A stretch of DNA of 64,000 nt from Bacillota bacterium. GTDB lineage: Bacteria; Bacillota; Negativicutes; CTSoil-072. The translations under genes were made by a program, and so were the position numbers. The notes under the pieces are model-generated. The model saw only the letters and a program-made list of their open reading frames with translations. It did not search any database and was not told the origin of the DNA. The DNA lies in contig JAGFZV010000016.1 of the NCBI GenBank assembly GCA_017889545.1, positions 9,124-73,123 of the forward strand, written 5' to 3'. This document shows, in pieces, positions 19,392 to 28,353 of this stretch. Position 1 is the stretch's first letter; the number at the start of each line of letters is the position of its first letter.

Positions 19392-20078
19392 TTATTCCCT
19401 GCCGCTATGGCCTTTTAGCATATAACCAACATTGCGGATGGTCCGGATGATGAAATCGTTCCTTGCTGCAACAAGCTTCTTGCGCAAATGGTGAATGTAC
19501 ACATCCACAATGCCATAACTGCTTTCCGTTTCGAAACCCCAAAGACGGTCGAAAATTTGTTCACGGGTCAAAATGCGTTCACGATTTATTATAAAGAATT
19601 CGAGCAAGTCGAATTCTTTTGTTGTCAGACTCAATGCAAGAGATTTATAAAACCCTTCTTTTTGTTCCAGATCCAAAACCAGTTCTTTGTAGGCAATGGA
19701 AGAATGATTGGGACCATAGCCCTTCCGTCGCAGCAAGGCCCGTGATCTCGCCGTCAATTCAGCCAGTGAAAAAGGTTTTACGAGATAGTCATCCGCCCCC
19801 GTGTTCAGGCCGAGGACGCGGTTTTCCACACTGTCCTTGGCAGTAACGAGCAAAATGGGAATTTGATTGCCCTGATGGCGCAGACGTCTGATTACTTCCA
19901 GTCCATCCACTTCCGGCAGCAGAATATCCAATACCAGCAAGTCATAAATTCCTTTTTGGACCTCGAAAATACAATGATCCCCCTGCCCGGTTTCATCGAC
20001 GGTATATCCTTCCTTCCGCAAGGCATCAGCAATTGATTTTCTGAGCATTTCATCATCTTCGGTAACAAGAACCTTCAT
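19392..20078 (-). CDS. OmpR-family response regulator
   Basis: REC domain (VLVTEDDE...DLLVLDILLP) plus a winged-helix trans_reg_C. RBS AAAGGAG. Confidence 0.75.
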   Translation of the reverse strand: MKVLVTEDDEMLRKSIADALRKEGYTVDETGQGDHCIFEVQKGIYDLLVLDILLPEVDGLEVIRRLRHQGNQIPILLVTAKDSVENRVLGLNTGADDYLVKPFSLAELTARSRALLRRKGYGPNHSSIAYKELVLDLEQKEGFYKSLALSLTTKEFDLLEFFIINRERILTREQIFDRLWGFETESSYGIVDVYIHHLRKKLVAARNDFIIRTIRNVGYMLKGHSGRE

Positions 20079-20225
20079 TTATCAAGCTCCTTTCACCTGA
20101 TTGCTGCAGCCAATAAAATGCCATGCCCTTACACTTCATCGTGTTTTGGAAGATGGCTCACGGCCCGTTCCGTTGGTATTTTGGCCTGATAGCAAGAAAC
20201 TACTAAAAATATTATTAATGACTGT

Positions 20226-20334
20226 ATTATATCACGGTCTTTTTTTATTTTGCGAAAATTTTGGCATATTGAACTTGATTTTAAGAAATTTTTAAGAATA
20301 TTATCCAATAATTATATTATATCATTGTCTTTTC
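20226..20334. promoter_or_regulatory. two copies of the 19-bp direct repeat TATTATATCAnnGTCTTTT (20226-20244 and 20316-20334) in the divergent RR / napG-dms promoter region
   Basis: Read directly. OmpR-family regulators bind direct repeats, so these are candidate binding sites. Confidence 0.35.
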
Positions 20335-20359
20335 TATTCGAATCAGAAAATGTTAAATT

Positions 20360-20986
20360 ATGGCAAAACGGAGGCAAACCCAAACTATGCGTGATGGCTT
20401 TTTGATGACCAGGCGGGGATTTTTGCGAACAGCGGGTCTGACAATCATGATGACCTCCGCCGGAGGCGCCTTAAGTTTCCTTGAACTACATAAACAGTTT
20501 TTACGCCCTCCCGGCGCATTGCCCGAACAAGACTTTCTTGCCCGTTGCCTCAAGTGCCAGAAATGCCTTGCCGTATGTCCCACAAGCGTGATTATGCCGC
20601 TTTCTTTGTCTGAAAGTATCCGTGGGTTAGGCACTCCCGCACTGAATTATAAAAACGGTTTCTGCAACCTCTGTCTCAAGTGTATTGAAGTTTGTCCTAC
20701 CGGAGCCCTCAAGTCCCTACGGCCGGAACAAGTCAGCATCGGTGTGGCCCGGATCGATCCGGCCAATTGCGTTGCGTGGAATTGGATGGGCTGCACCGTA
20801 TGTGCCGCCCAATGTCCGCTTAACGCCATTTCCCTTGACGATGGCAAGCGCCCGGTAGTTGACGCCGAAAAGTGCAACGGCTGCGGCATATGTGAAATGT
20901 CCTGCCCCAGTACGTCCCTTCGCGCATACAACAAGCAGTCTCAGGGAAAAGGCGTCGTAGTGACGCCGCTAAAAAGCGGGGTATAG
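20360..20986 (+). CDS. Tat-exported NapG-like ferredoxin (4x 4Fe-4S)
   Basis: Twin-arginine motif TRRGFLRTAGL and four CxxCxxCxxxCP motifs. An alternative start lies at the ATG at 20387. Confidence 0.6.
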   Translation: MAKRRQTQTMRDGFLMTRRGFLRTAGLTIMMTSAGGALSFLELHKQFLRPPGALPEQDFLARCLKCQKCLAVCPTSVIMPLSLSESIRGLGTPALNYKNGFCNLCLKCIEVCPTGALKSLRPEQVSIGVARIDPANCVAWNWMGCTVCAAQCPLNAISLDDGKRPVVDAEKCNGCGICEMSCPSTSLRAYNKQSQGKGVVVTPLKSGV

Positions 20987-20989
20987 CCG

Positions 20990-21823
20990 ATGAAATTTAA
21001 ACCGAAAATCCAATGGCTGCGTCAATTAATCATTTTATCGCTATTGGGTGTGGTTGTTTATGGAGCTTCGTCGAAGGAAGCATGGGGAACTATTTGTGAT
21101 ATTTGCCCCATCGGACTGTTGGGCGTCTCCGTGGCAGGCAAGGTGCTGTTACCCCAGGCAATGGTGCTGATTGGCCTTGAAGTAGCAGCAGTTGTCGTCT
21201 TGGGGAAGTTTTTTTGCTCCTGGGTTTGTCCTACCGCCCTATTTCTCCGCAATAACAAACCGCAAGTAACCACAGAGCAACAGGCAAGCACGGCAAAAAC
21301 GTCTCTTTCCTCTAACGTCGGAATACTGGGGGCTGCCCTTCTTTCCACTTTACTTGTCGGCTTTCCAATTTTTTGCCTCATCTGTCCCATCGGTTTGGTT
21401 TTTGTATTTATCTTTGCCGTATATAAACTGTTTTCTATTTACCAACCCGGCTGGGAATTGATTGTCGTCCCGGTGGTACTGACGCTGGAATTGCTGTTCT
21501 TCAAATCTTGGTGCCGCTCTTATTGTGCGGTGGGAGCCTTTATGAGCATCATCAGCCGCTTGTTCAGATTTGGCCCGAGCCCCATGATCCAGGGCAAAAC
21601 TTGTTTGGCGGATCAAGGGTGCCGGGTATGCAAGACCAATTGTCCCGAACAGCTTGATCTGCACAAAGACAGTTCATCAGCAACTGCCGATTGCACTCTT
21701 TGTCTTGAATGTTATGAGAAATGCCCCACAAAGGCCGTTAGAATAGGCCTGGGCAAGTCGCCAAAAACACACTTATGTAACACTTCAATAAACGATAATT
21801 CAAGGAGGTCAAGCAATGAATAA
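20990..21823 (+). CDS. NapH-like membrane polyferredoxin (quinol dehydrogenase membrane subunit)
   Basis: TM-embedded CxxxCP motifs (CSWVCPTALF, CLICPIGLVF, CRSYCAVGAF) and two C-terminal 4Fe-4S motifs (CRVCKTNCP, CTLCLECYEKCP). Confidence 0.6.
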   Translation: MKFKPKIQWLRQLIILSLLGVVVYGASSKEAWGTICDICPIGLLGVSVAGKVLLPQAMVLIGLEVAAVVVLGKFFCSWVCPTALFLRNNKPQVTTEQQASTAKTSLSSNVGILGAALLSTLLVGFPIFCLICPIGLVFVFIFAVYKLFSIYQPGWELIVVPVVLTLELLFFKSWCRSYCAVGAFMSIISRLFRFGPSPMIQGKTCLADQGCRVCKTNCPEQLDLHKDSSSATADCTLCLECYEKCPTKAVRIGLGKSPKTHLCNTSINDNSRRSSNE

Positions 21824-24386
21824 TCTCAACCTGACAAGACGGCAGTTTCTGAAAGTCGCAGCCGTCGCCGGCTCAGCTGCATCTCTGTTTCCCCTAGGGA
21901 ATGAAGTCCTCAAGGGATTGGCGACCGCCGCGCCCGCGCAACCATCGGACATGAAAGTCATTCAGAGCGCTTGCCGCCAGTGCTACGGCCGCTGCACAAT
22001 CAATGGCTTTGTCAAAGATGGACGCGTGCTCAAAGTCGAAGGTAAACCAGGGACTTTTTCGGAGGGAACGGTGTGCAGCCGTGCTTTCAGCATCCCGCAG
22101 ATCATGCACAGTCCCCTGCGCATTAAATATCCCATGAAGCGCGTGGGGGCTCGCGGCGAAGGCAAGTGGCAGCGAATCACCTGGGAGGAAGCCTGGGACA
22201 TTATCATCCCCAAAATGAAAGAAGTTCAGGAGAAATACGGCGGGCATACAATCGTCTTCAATAATGGCACAGGCCGGGACCAATTGATTCTGATGACCAT
22301 GCAGAAATGCTTCTACGAAATGGGCAGCACCGGGGGCTTCGGTGTCGGCAATGTATGCAAGATCGCCAACGACGACGTGCAGCGGCGCATTGTCGGCAAT
22401 CCCTGCCAGTTCACCGGGTGGGATGGCCCCAAGACAAAAACCATCCTGATGATGGGACGGGCCCTCTACTCGTGGGGTTATTACGATTGGCTCACTATAA
22501 AACGGGCCCAAGAACGAGGCGCCAAACTGATCGTGGTAGACCCTCGTTACACGGTGGCGGCATCCAAAGCGGATCTGTGGCTTCCTGTCCGCCAGGGCAG
22601 CGATTTGGCGCTCATCCTGACCTTCATCAACATGCTGATCACAGAAAACAGATATGATAAGACTTTTGTCGCCCAGTGGACCAACGCTCCCTTCCTAGTC
22701 AAGGAAGACGGCTTTTTGCTCCGGCAAAGCGATCTGGTCCCCGGTGGAAGCACCGACCAATTCATTGTGTGGGATGAGACATCCAATAGTATACAGCACT
22801 GGGACGCCAAGGCGATGGCCTGGAGTTCCTCGGATGCACAGCCAGCCCTATTGGGTACCCATGCCGTTCCTAGCGGCAAACAGTACAGGACCGCCTTTCA
22901 GGCCTTGGCTGACAGCGTCAAAATGTGGACTCCGGAAAAGGCCGCCGAGGTCACCTGGGTCCCGGCGGAGAAAATTCGGGAAGCCGCCAGGCTTTACATC
23001 GATAACAGCCCGGGCGCCTGCTTCATGCGCGGCCAAAAAATTGAATTCAGCAACCACAGCAGCAGCAAGAGCCATGCCATCGCCATCATGATGGCCCTTG
23101 CGGGCAATCTGGACGCAGAGGGAGGAAACCTGGTCCGTCCTGACACGCCCCATTCGGTAAGCGCCGTGTTTCAAGCATTGCCTCCCCATGGCAAAATCCG
23201 CAAGGAAACTATTGCCAATATTAAAAAATACAGCCTGTGTCCGGGTCAGGCCAAAATTTCCGGTGAGATCGGCGGCTTTGCCGCCGCCACTACCCGCGCC
23301 CTTATCACCGAGAAACCTTTCCTGCCGAGGGTGTACTGGGGTCAGACCACCGAGCCCATGGCTGGCTCTCTTGACAGTCGGCAAGTCTGCGAAGCCCTCA
23401 AAAAATTCGAATTGACCGTGAATGTGGATCTGTTTATGACGCCCACCGGCGAACTGTCGGACATTATTCTGCCTGCCGCTCATCCAAACGAGGTCGACCG
23501 TATCGAATACCCTCAGTCCGGTCACAGTTGGCCGGCGGCCAATACCTGCTCCATCCGTCAACCCTTCGTTCCCCCGCCTGGTGAGTGTCGGGACGATGTG
23601 GATATCATATTTGACCTTGCCAAGCGCATGAATGTGGATATGGGCTGGAAGGACAAATATCACTGGTTTGAGTTTGCTTTGGCTCCCTCCAAAATAACGT
23701 TTGAAGAATTACGAAAAAAAGGTCATCTCACCAGGCCGGTGACTTACCGCCGCTACCAGACCGGAAAGCTCCGCCGTGATAATAAACCGGGCTTTCAGAC
23801 TTCTTCAGGCAAAGTTAACCTGTATTCGGAAGATCTAAAAAAAGACGGTTGGGGACCGCTGCCCGCCTATATCGAAGAGCCCTTCTCCCCTCTGAGCAAT
23901 CCGGAGATGCTTAAGGATTATCCGTATATCTTCTTTACCGGCGGCCGATCCCATGCCTACTTCCACAGCGAATACCGCATGTCTCCCTTCATGCGTGAGA
24001 TTCATCCCTTCCCTACTGTCGAAATCAATCCGAAAACAGCGGAAAAGCATGGCATCAATGATGGCGACTGGGTCTATATCGAGACCCAGCATGGAAGATG
24101 CAAGCAAAGAGCGTGCCTGACCACAGCCATCGCCCCCCACAGCATTCACTGCGACCACGACTGGTGGTTCCCGGAGAAACCCGTAACCGATGACTTGCAC
24201 GGCATTTTTGAGTGCAACCCGAACGCTATTGTCTCTAACGACCGTGTGCACGACCCGGCAGTGGGAACGTCTAATTACGGCGGTCTGTGCAAAATTTACA
24301 AAGCTGAGGACGGACCGCCTAATGGCATTTATATGACAGCCCAACAACTTGAAGCGTTTATGCCCAAAGCGCCGGGGAGGGAGTAA
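21816..24386 (+). CDS. dmsA: Tat-exported molybdopterin oxidoreductase catalytic subunit, DmsA family (anaerobic S-/N-oxide reductase)
   Basis: Tat signal (RRQFLKVAAVAGSAASL), N-terminal Cx2Cx3C...C FeS motif, and a block IKYPMKRVGARGEGKWQRITWEEAWDII that from memory is almost identical to E. coli DmsA. 856 aa with RBS AAGGAGG. Confidence 0.75.
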   Translation: MNNLNLTRRQFLKVAAVAGSAASLFPLGNEVLKGLATAAPAQPSDMKVIQSACRQCYGRCTINGFVKDGRVLKVEGKPGTFSEGTVCSRAFSIPQIMHSPLRIKYPMKRVGARGEGKWQRITWEEAWDIIIPKMKEVQEKYGGHTIVFNNGTGRDQLILMTMQKCFYEMGSTGGFGVGNVCKIANDDVQRRIVGNPCQFTGWDGPKTKTILMMGRALYSWGYYDWLTIKRAQERGAKLIVVDPRYTVAASKADLWLPVRQGSDLALILTFINMLITENRYDKTFVAQWTNAPFLVKEDGFLLRQSDLVPGGSTDQFIVWDETSNSIQHWDAKAMAWSSSDAQPALLGTHAVPSGKQYRTAFQALADSVKMWTPEKAAEVTWVPAEKIREAARLYIDNSPGACFMRGQKIEFSNHSSSKSHAIAIMMALAGNLDAEGGNLVRPDTPHSVSAVFQALPPHGKIRKETIANIKKYSLCPGQAKISGEIGGFAAATTRALITEKPFLPRVYWGQTTEPMAGSLDSRQVCEALKKFELTVNVDLFMTPTGELSDIILPAAHPNEVDRIEYPQSGHSWPAANTCSIRQPFVPPPGECRDDVDIIFDLAKRMNVDMGWKDKYHWFEFALAPSKITFEELRKKGHLTRPVTYRRYQTGKLRRDNKPGFQTSSGKVNLYSEDLKKDGWGPLPAYIEEPFSPLSNPEMLKDYPYIFFTGGRSHAYFHSEYRMSPFMREIHPFPTVEINPKTAEKHGINDGDWVYIETQHGRCKQRACLTTAIAPHSIHCDHDWWFPEKPVTDDLHGIFECNPNAIVSNDRVHDPAVGTSNYGGLCKIYKAEDGPPNGIYMTAQQLEAFMPKAPGRE

Positions 24387-24388
24387 TC

Positions 24389-24955
24389 ATGACCAGAAAA
24401 ATTATGATCGTGGATCTAGACAGATGTATCGGCTGTCATTCCTGTGCAGTTGCCTGCAAACAGGAAAATGGCATCAGCTTGGGAGTGTTTTACAACAAAG
24501 TGCGGACGGTTGGTCCCTTCGGCAATTACCCCGACCTTGAGCTATATTATCTGCCTGTTATATGCCAGCACTGCAATAAACCAGAATGCGTCAATGTATG
24601 CCCCACGGCCGCTTCGTACAAACGGCAAGACGGCATTGTGCTCGTCGACCATAATAAATGCATTGGCTGCCAGTATTGCATCATGGCCTGCCCGTACGGT
24701 GTCCGTACTTATGACAAGGCCAAGGGCGTCATCGAGAAGTGCACTCTGTGCGCCCATCGCGTGGAGGTAAACGAAGTTCCCGCCTGTGTGTCCATCTGCC
24801 CGGGCAAGGCGCGAATCTTCGGCGACCTTGACGATCCCAATTCAGAAGTTTCCAAAGCTGTGCGGGAGGCCGGTTCTTTCCTGCATCGCTTCGCCGATGT
24901 GGGCAATGAACCCGGTGTCGGCTATATTCTAAAAAGCCGGAAATGGAGGAGTTAA
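24389..24955 (+). CDS. dmsB: four-cluster 4Fe-4S electron-transfer subunit (DmsB-like)
   Basis: 188 aa with four Cys clusters (CIGCHSCAVACK, CQHCNKPECVNVCP, CIGCQYCIMACP, CTLCAHR...CVSICP). Confidence 0.75.
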   Translation: MTRKIMIVDLDRCIGCHSCAVACKQENGISLGVFYNKVRTVGPFGNYPDLELYYLPVICQHCNKPECVNVCPTAASYKRQDGIVLVDHNKCIGCQYCIMACPYGVRTYDKAKGVIEKCTLCAHRVEVNEVPACVSICPGKARIFGDLDDPNSEVSKAVREAGSFLHRFADVGNEPGVGYILKSRKWRS

Positions 24956-24956
24956 T

Positions 24957-25874
24957 ATGGAAATACAATGGACGCTTCTCATTTTTAGTCTATTTGTCAG
25001 TCTGGGTATGGGGTCTTTCGCGATTGTGGCCATCACAGAGTTGCGGGGAATCATGCCTGGCATCCGCCTGCCTGGAGCGATTACCAGTCTAGCAGCCCTC
25101 GGCATTGGCAGTGCTGCCAGTTATTTTCATTTGGGTCATCCAGAAAAGATCTTTCATATTCTCGGCAACATCCGCTCCGGCATAGCCCAGGAACTTATCG
25201 TCACCTCCATCGCCAGCGCGGTGATTTTCGTCTATACCGTTTTGCTATGGAAAGATTCCGCGCCTGATGTCCGCAGAAAGCTGGCATTGGTCGGCCTGAT
25301 CCTCTCACCAGTCGTTCCCTTTGCCACAGGTCGGATATATGTGCTAGCCGCACGACCAGCCTGGGATACCTGGCTGCTACCGCTGATGTATGTGGCATCG
25401 GCCGCCGTCCTGGGAGCATTCACCATGTACCTTTGGATAATGCTGCGTGAACCTGACCAGAAGACGCTGGCTACTGTGAACAAAGCGGCGCTGTTGGGGC
25501 AGGTGGCTTTTACCGTAACAATTGCAGCATATTTAATATATGTGGCTATGGCACCCCACCCCCACTCCAGCCGTTCGGTGGCCCGCCTGCTAACCGGCGA
25601 CCTAGCTTTGCTGTTCTGGGGCGCCGTGGTACTTATCGGCCAACTTGGGCCACTGTTTTTGACCTGGCGAAACATGCAGGGGCCACCGACATCTTTACAG
25701 GCCGGTGTTCCAGTCAGCCCCGCATCAGGAGGAATCAGCGGGGCAGTTGCTGCTACAGCTGAAAACCGACTTATTCTGGCGATTATGGGCTTGCTCTGTG
25801 CGTTGGTCGGTTCGACGGCCATCCGGATGATTGTCTATCTTATCGGCAGCAGCGTACAGTCATACATCTATTAA
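24957..25874 (+). CDS. dmsC: membrane anchor subunit (DmsC family)
   Basis: 305 aa and about 8 TM segments. The FHLGHPEKIF motif matches the E. coli DmsC LHLGSPMRAF region. RBS GGAGGAG. Confidence 0.65.
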   Translation: MEIQWTLLIFSLFVSLGMGSFAIVAITELRGIMPGIRLPGAITSLAALGIGSAASYFHLGHPEKIFHILGNIRSGIAQELIVTSIASAVIFVYTVLLWKDSAPDVRRKLALVGLILSPVVPFATGRIYVLAARPAWDTWLLPLMYVASAAVLGAFTMYLWIMLREPDQKTLATVNKAALLGQVAFTVTIAAYLIYVAMAPHPHSSRSVARLLTGDLALLFWGAVVLIGQLGPLFLTWRNMQGPPTSLQAGVPVSPASGGISGAVAATAENRLILAIMGLLCALVGSTAIRMIVYLIGSSVQSYIY

Positions 25875-25960
25875 AGCTGAGCCCAATCCTTTACCTCGCC
25901 ACTGCAGTTTGTCACAGGCAGACGCAGGCAGGCAGTCTACATGCAGAAAGGTGTTTTAAA

Positions 25961-26635
25961 ATGAACGAACTTAATACCCTCGAACTTGAACAGCTATTTT
26001 CCTTCCGGGGTGCCATATACCAGTTGCTTTCCCGGTTCTATCGCCGGGAAATGGATCAAGAACTTCTGAACCAACTACACCAACTGGAATTTGAAGCGGA
26101 TATCACTTTACCGGAAATTCTGGAAGGTAATCGATTGTTGAAGATCTTCTTGGCACAGATGGGAGAAAATGCGCTGACCGATCTTGCGGTAGACTACGCA
26201 AAGATTTTCCTCGGAGCAGGTCCAACATGCGGGGAAGGAGCATATCCCTATGAATCCGTATATACCAGCCCCGACCGCCTGCTGATGCAAAACGCCAGAG
26301 ACCAGGCTGTCGCCATCTACAGAAGCGAGGATATCCGACTTGAAGACAGCTTCAACGAACCGGAGGATCATATTGCCATTGAATTGACATTCATGGCTTA
26401 TCTATGCCAGAAGACTTCGGAGGCAATCCGTCGCAACGATGAAGCTGCCGCCAATAGCTGCCTGCTGAAACAGCGACAATTTCTTCAAGATCATCTGCTA
26501 TCTTGGGTACCCAATTTTTGCGCCGATGTTCAGCGCATTGCTGCAACCGACTTTTATAAAGCGATTGCTATGATTACGTATGGTTTTCTTATCATGGATC
26601 GGGATATGACTTTAGGCAAGCATAGCACAACTTGA
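25961..26635 (+). CDS. TorD/DmsD-family redox enzyme maturation chaperone
   Basis: 224 aa with an EPEDHIAIELTFMAYL motif typical of the TorD family, located directly after dmsC. Confidence 0.65.
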   Translation: MNELNTLELEQLFSFRGAIYQLLSRFYRREMDQELLNQLHQLEFEADITLPEILEGNRLLKIFLAQMGENALTDLAVDYAKIFLGAGPTCGEGAYPYESVYTSPDRLLMQNARDQAVAIYRSEDIRLEDSFNEPEDHIAIELTFMAYLCQKTSEAIRRNDEAAANSCLLKQRQFLQDHLLSWVPNFCADVQRIAATDFYKAIAMITYGFLIMDRDMTLGKHSTT

Positions 26636-26698
26636 GCCCAAGGCCTTATAACGACTACATTGGCAGGTTTTAAAACAAAAAAATCGTTGATATAAAGC

Positions 26699-26737
26699 AA
26701 AATAGCTTGCCACTAATCTGGCAAGCTATTTTGCACC
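26699..26737 (+). terminator. Rho-independent terminator of the dms operon
   Basis: aaatagcttgcca-ctaatc-tggcaagctattt followed by a T-run. Confidence 0.6.
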
Positions 26738-26739
26738 GT

Positions 26740-27035
26740 AAGACGTGTATATAGGGACGTTCCTTGGGGTCGGGATATAGCGGGATTGTTTTTTGTCACT
26801 TTTTTGCCATAATTCCACGAGATATTCCCGTCACCCGTTCGATTTCAAGGATAGAAACTCTTGTCGCCTTCGAAACTCACAGCGTTTTGTCCCGCTCCAC
26901 TTAGATCAAAGTCATTCTCGACTAAAGTTTGATGAACATTGGTCCAGTTGCCCAAATAGGCTTTAAAAAGGCTTTTACTAATCCTTTTCGAATTTCCGAC
27001 GCAATCATCTCCTTAGCTCCTCCTAGTTGGACCTG
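26740..27035 (-). pseudogene. decayed ORF remnant (strong SD + ATG, then frameshifts/stops) at the left edge of the AT-rich island
   Basis: On the minus strand, AGGAGGAGCTAAGGAG-ATG opens a reading frame MIASEIRKGLVKAFLKPIWATGPMFIKL*. Coding-like sequence continues in shifted frames (…LVENDFDLSGAGQNAVSFEGDKSFYP*, …ILEIERVTGISRGIMAKK*). Confidence 0.25.
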
Positions 27036-28160
27036 CTAAAAATCCATAATTTCCGGTTTATAGTCGTCAGGCAATTCTTCTTCCTGTAAAAATTTGAAAT
27101 TGTCATCATTCAGTATAGGGATAAAGATTTCGTATGGAATCATAGAGAACTCACAAGCATAATTACTTGCGCCGAACAACATTCCTGCTTTGCTGCTCAG
27201 ATTTAAACCTCTTGCAAACTTTGTGTAGTTTGAACAATCATGAACAGCTAAATCCCAGTTTTCCTCGTCAGCTATTTTCATGAACTGCAAAGTTAACTCC
27301 CTGCTCCAAATTGGAGAAATATAGCCATGTCGGGAGATATACATATTTTCCCCATAATAATTACCTATGTTATTCTCGTTCAAATGGAGTTCCGCACAGT
27401 TGATGAAATCGAGCTTTGTTTCGAATATTGCCTGCTTTTTCTTGAAAAATGCTTCGAAAAACTCAGGAGTCATCGGAGTTTCGATACCGACACTGTGAAT
27501 ATATTTTTTCGCTAAGCCAATATTTTCAATTACTTTGTCTGAACACGCAGAGGCGCCTAGGTTGAAACGGATCTCATCAAGACCGGCTTCTCCTAATGCT
27601 TTCAATGTCTCTTCTGTAGCCAAAGTGCCATTCGTGTATAAATGTTGATGAATTTGAGCATCACTAAATTTCTTTATAACCGAATAATATTTTTCAATTT
27701 CCATGAAAGGTTCTAAATAAACATAGGAAATCCCCGTAGGTTTTGGGTAAACGGAAAGAAGCAGTTCAATATCCTTCTCGTAAAATTTCGTGCCGCCAAT
27801 TTCCCACAACCCTTCTCCAACTGGATGAATATCTTCCAGCTCGCCATAATTATAACAGAACTTACACTCTAAATTACATTTGTTCGTTTTCCTGATTGCA
27901 CTCAACCCAGTGCCTAACAGACAAGATCGACATCCTTGGGGGAATTTGCTTTCATTGCCTACAAAAAAAGTTCTATTTTCCAAAGTTTTTAAATTTCTAA
28001 TTTCCGACATCAACAGTTCATTTCTATGATCAATTGCTGCCTCAATTTGCGCAAAGGTAGAGTAAATGATTTCTTCATGTTTTACACTAATTTCTTCTTC
28101 CTCCGACAATTGTGCAAAAAAATCAAACCATATCAACGCATCATTCTTTGAAATTTTCAT
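27036..28160 (-). CDS. radical SAM enzyme (QueE/NrdG/PflA-like CxxxCxxC activase-type core, with a distinctive N-terminal extension)
   Basis: 374 aa with the canonical cluster motif KCNLECKFCYN. Upstream is CRSC plus a ~90-aa N-terminal region. No SPASM domain. Very AT-rich codon usage. Confidence 0.55.
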   Translation of the reverse strand: MKISKNDALIWFDFFAQLSEEEEISVKHEEIIYSTFAQIEAAIDHRNELLMSEIRNLKTLENRTFFVGNESKFPQGCRSCLLGTGLSAIRKTNKCNLECKFCYNYGELEDIHPVGEGLWEIGGTKFYEKDIELLLSVYPKPTGISYVYLEPFMEIEKYYSVIKKFSDAQIHQHLYTNGTLATEETLKALGEAGLDEIRFNLGASACSDKVIENIGLAKKYIHSVGIETPMTPEFFEAFFKKKQAIFETKLDFINCAELHLNENNIGNYYGENMYISRHGYISPIWSRELTLQFMKIADEENWDLAVHDCSNYTKFARGLNLSSKAGMLFGASNYACEFSMIPYEIFIPILNDDNFKFLQEEELPDDYKPEIMDF

Positions 28161-28200
28161 AACGCATCCGCCTATCTATTTCATTTTAAACTTCACATTC

Positions 28201-28353
28201 TTACCAATTGTGAACGTTCTCTTGATTCCGTCTCCACGCTTCTTGACACAGCTCGAACCGAATCAAACTTGTACCCTCAATGATATATTCGTATCGTTCA
28301 TCCACTGCAACTGAACCTGAATTGAAGCAACATGCTTTACTTCCTTTCATCAT
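28201..28353 (-). CDS. hypothetical 50-aa small ORF between ATP-grasp and radical SAM genes (possible precursor/substrate peptide)
   Basis: The ATG directly abuts the ATP-grasp TAG stop (translational coupling). Product: MMKGSKACCFNSGSVAVDERYEYIIEGTSLIRFELCQEAWRRNQENVHNW. It is below the 60-aa track cutoff and was found by manual translation. Confidence 0.2.
   Translation of the reverse strand: MMKGSKACCFNSGSVAVDERYEYIIEGTSLIRFELCQEAWRRNQENVHNW

Noticed and set aside
22848-23663. 271-aa ORF on the minus strand inside dmsA (and similar ones at 21894-22511, 23835-24347, 25232-25822)
   Set aside because: They are antisense to a very well supported molybdoenzyme gene and arise from GC-rich codon usage. 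They have no RBS and no domain-like sequence.
21816-24386. Possibility that the molybdoenzyme is a respiratory arsenate reductase (ArrA) or periplasmic nitrate reductase (NapA) because of the neighbouring TCS and NapGH-like genes
   Set aside because: The conserved N-terminal block and the B/C subunit types match DmsABC. An ArrAB system normally lacks a DmsC-type anchor, and NapA is absent. The substrate remains unproven.
28066-28314. 82-aa plus-strand ORF spanning the radical SAM start region
   Set aside because: It overlaps the radical SAM 5' end and intergenic spacer on the wrong strand. A/T-run composition and no RBS.
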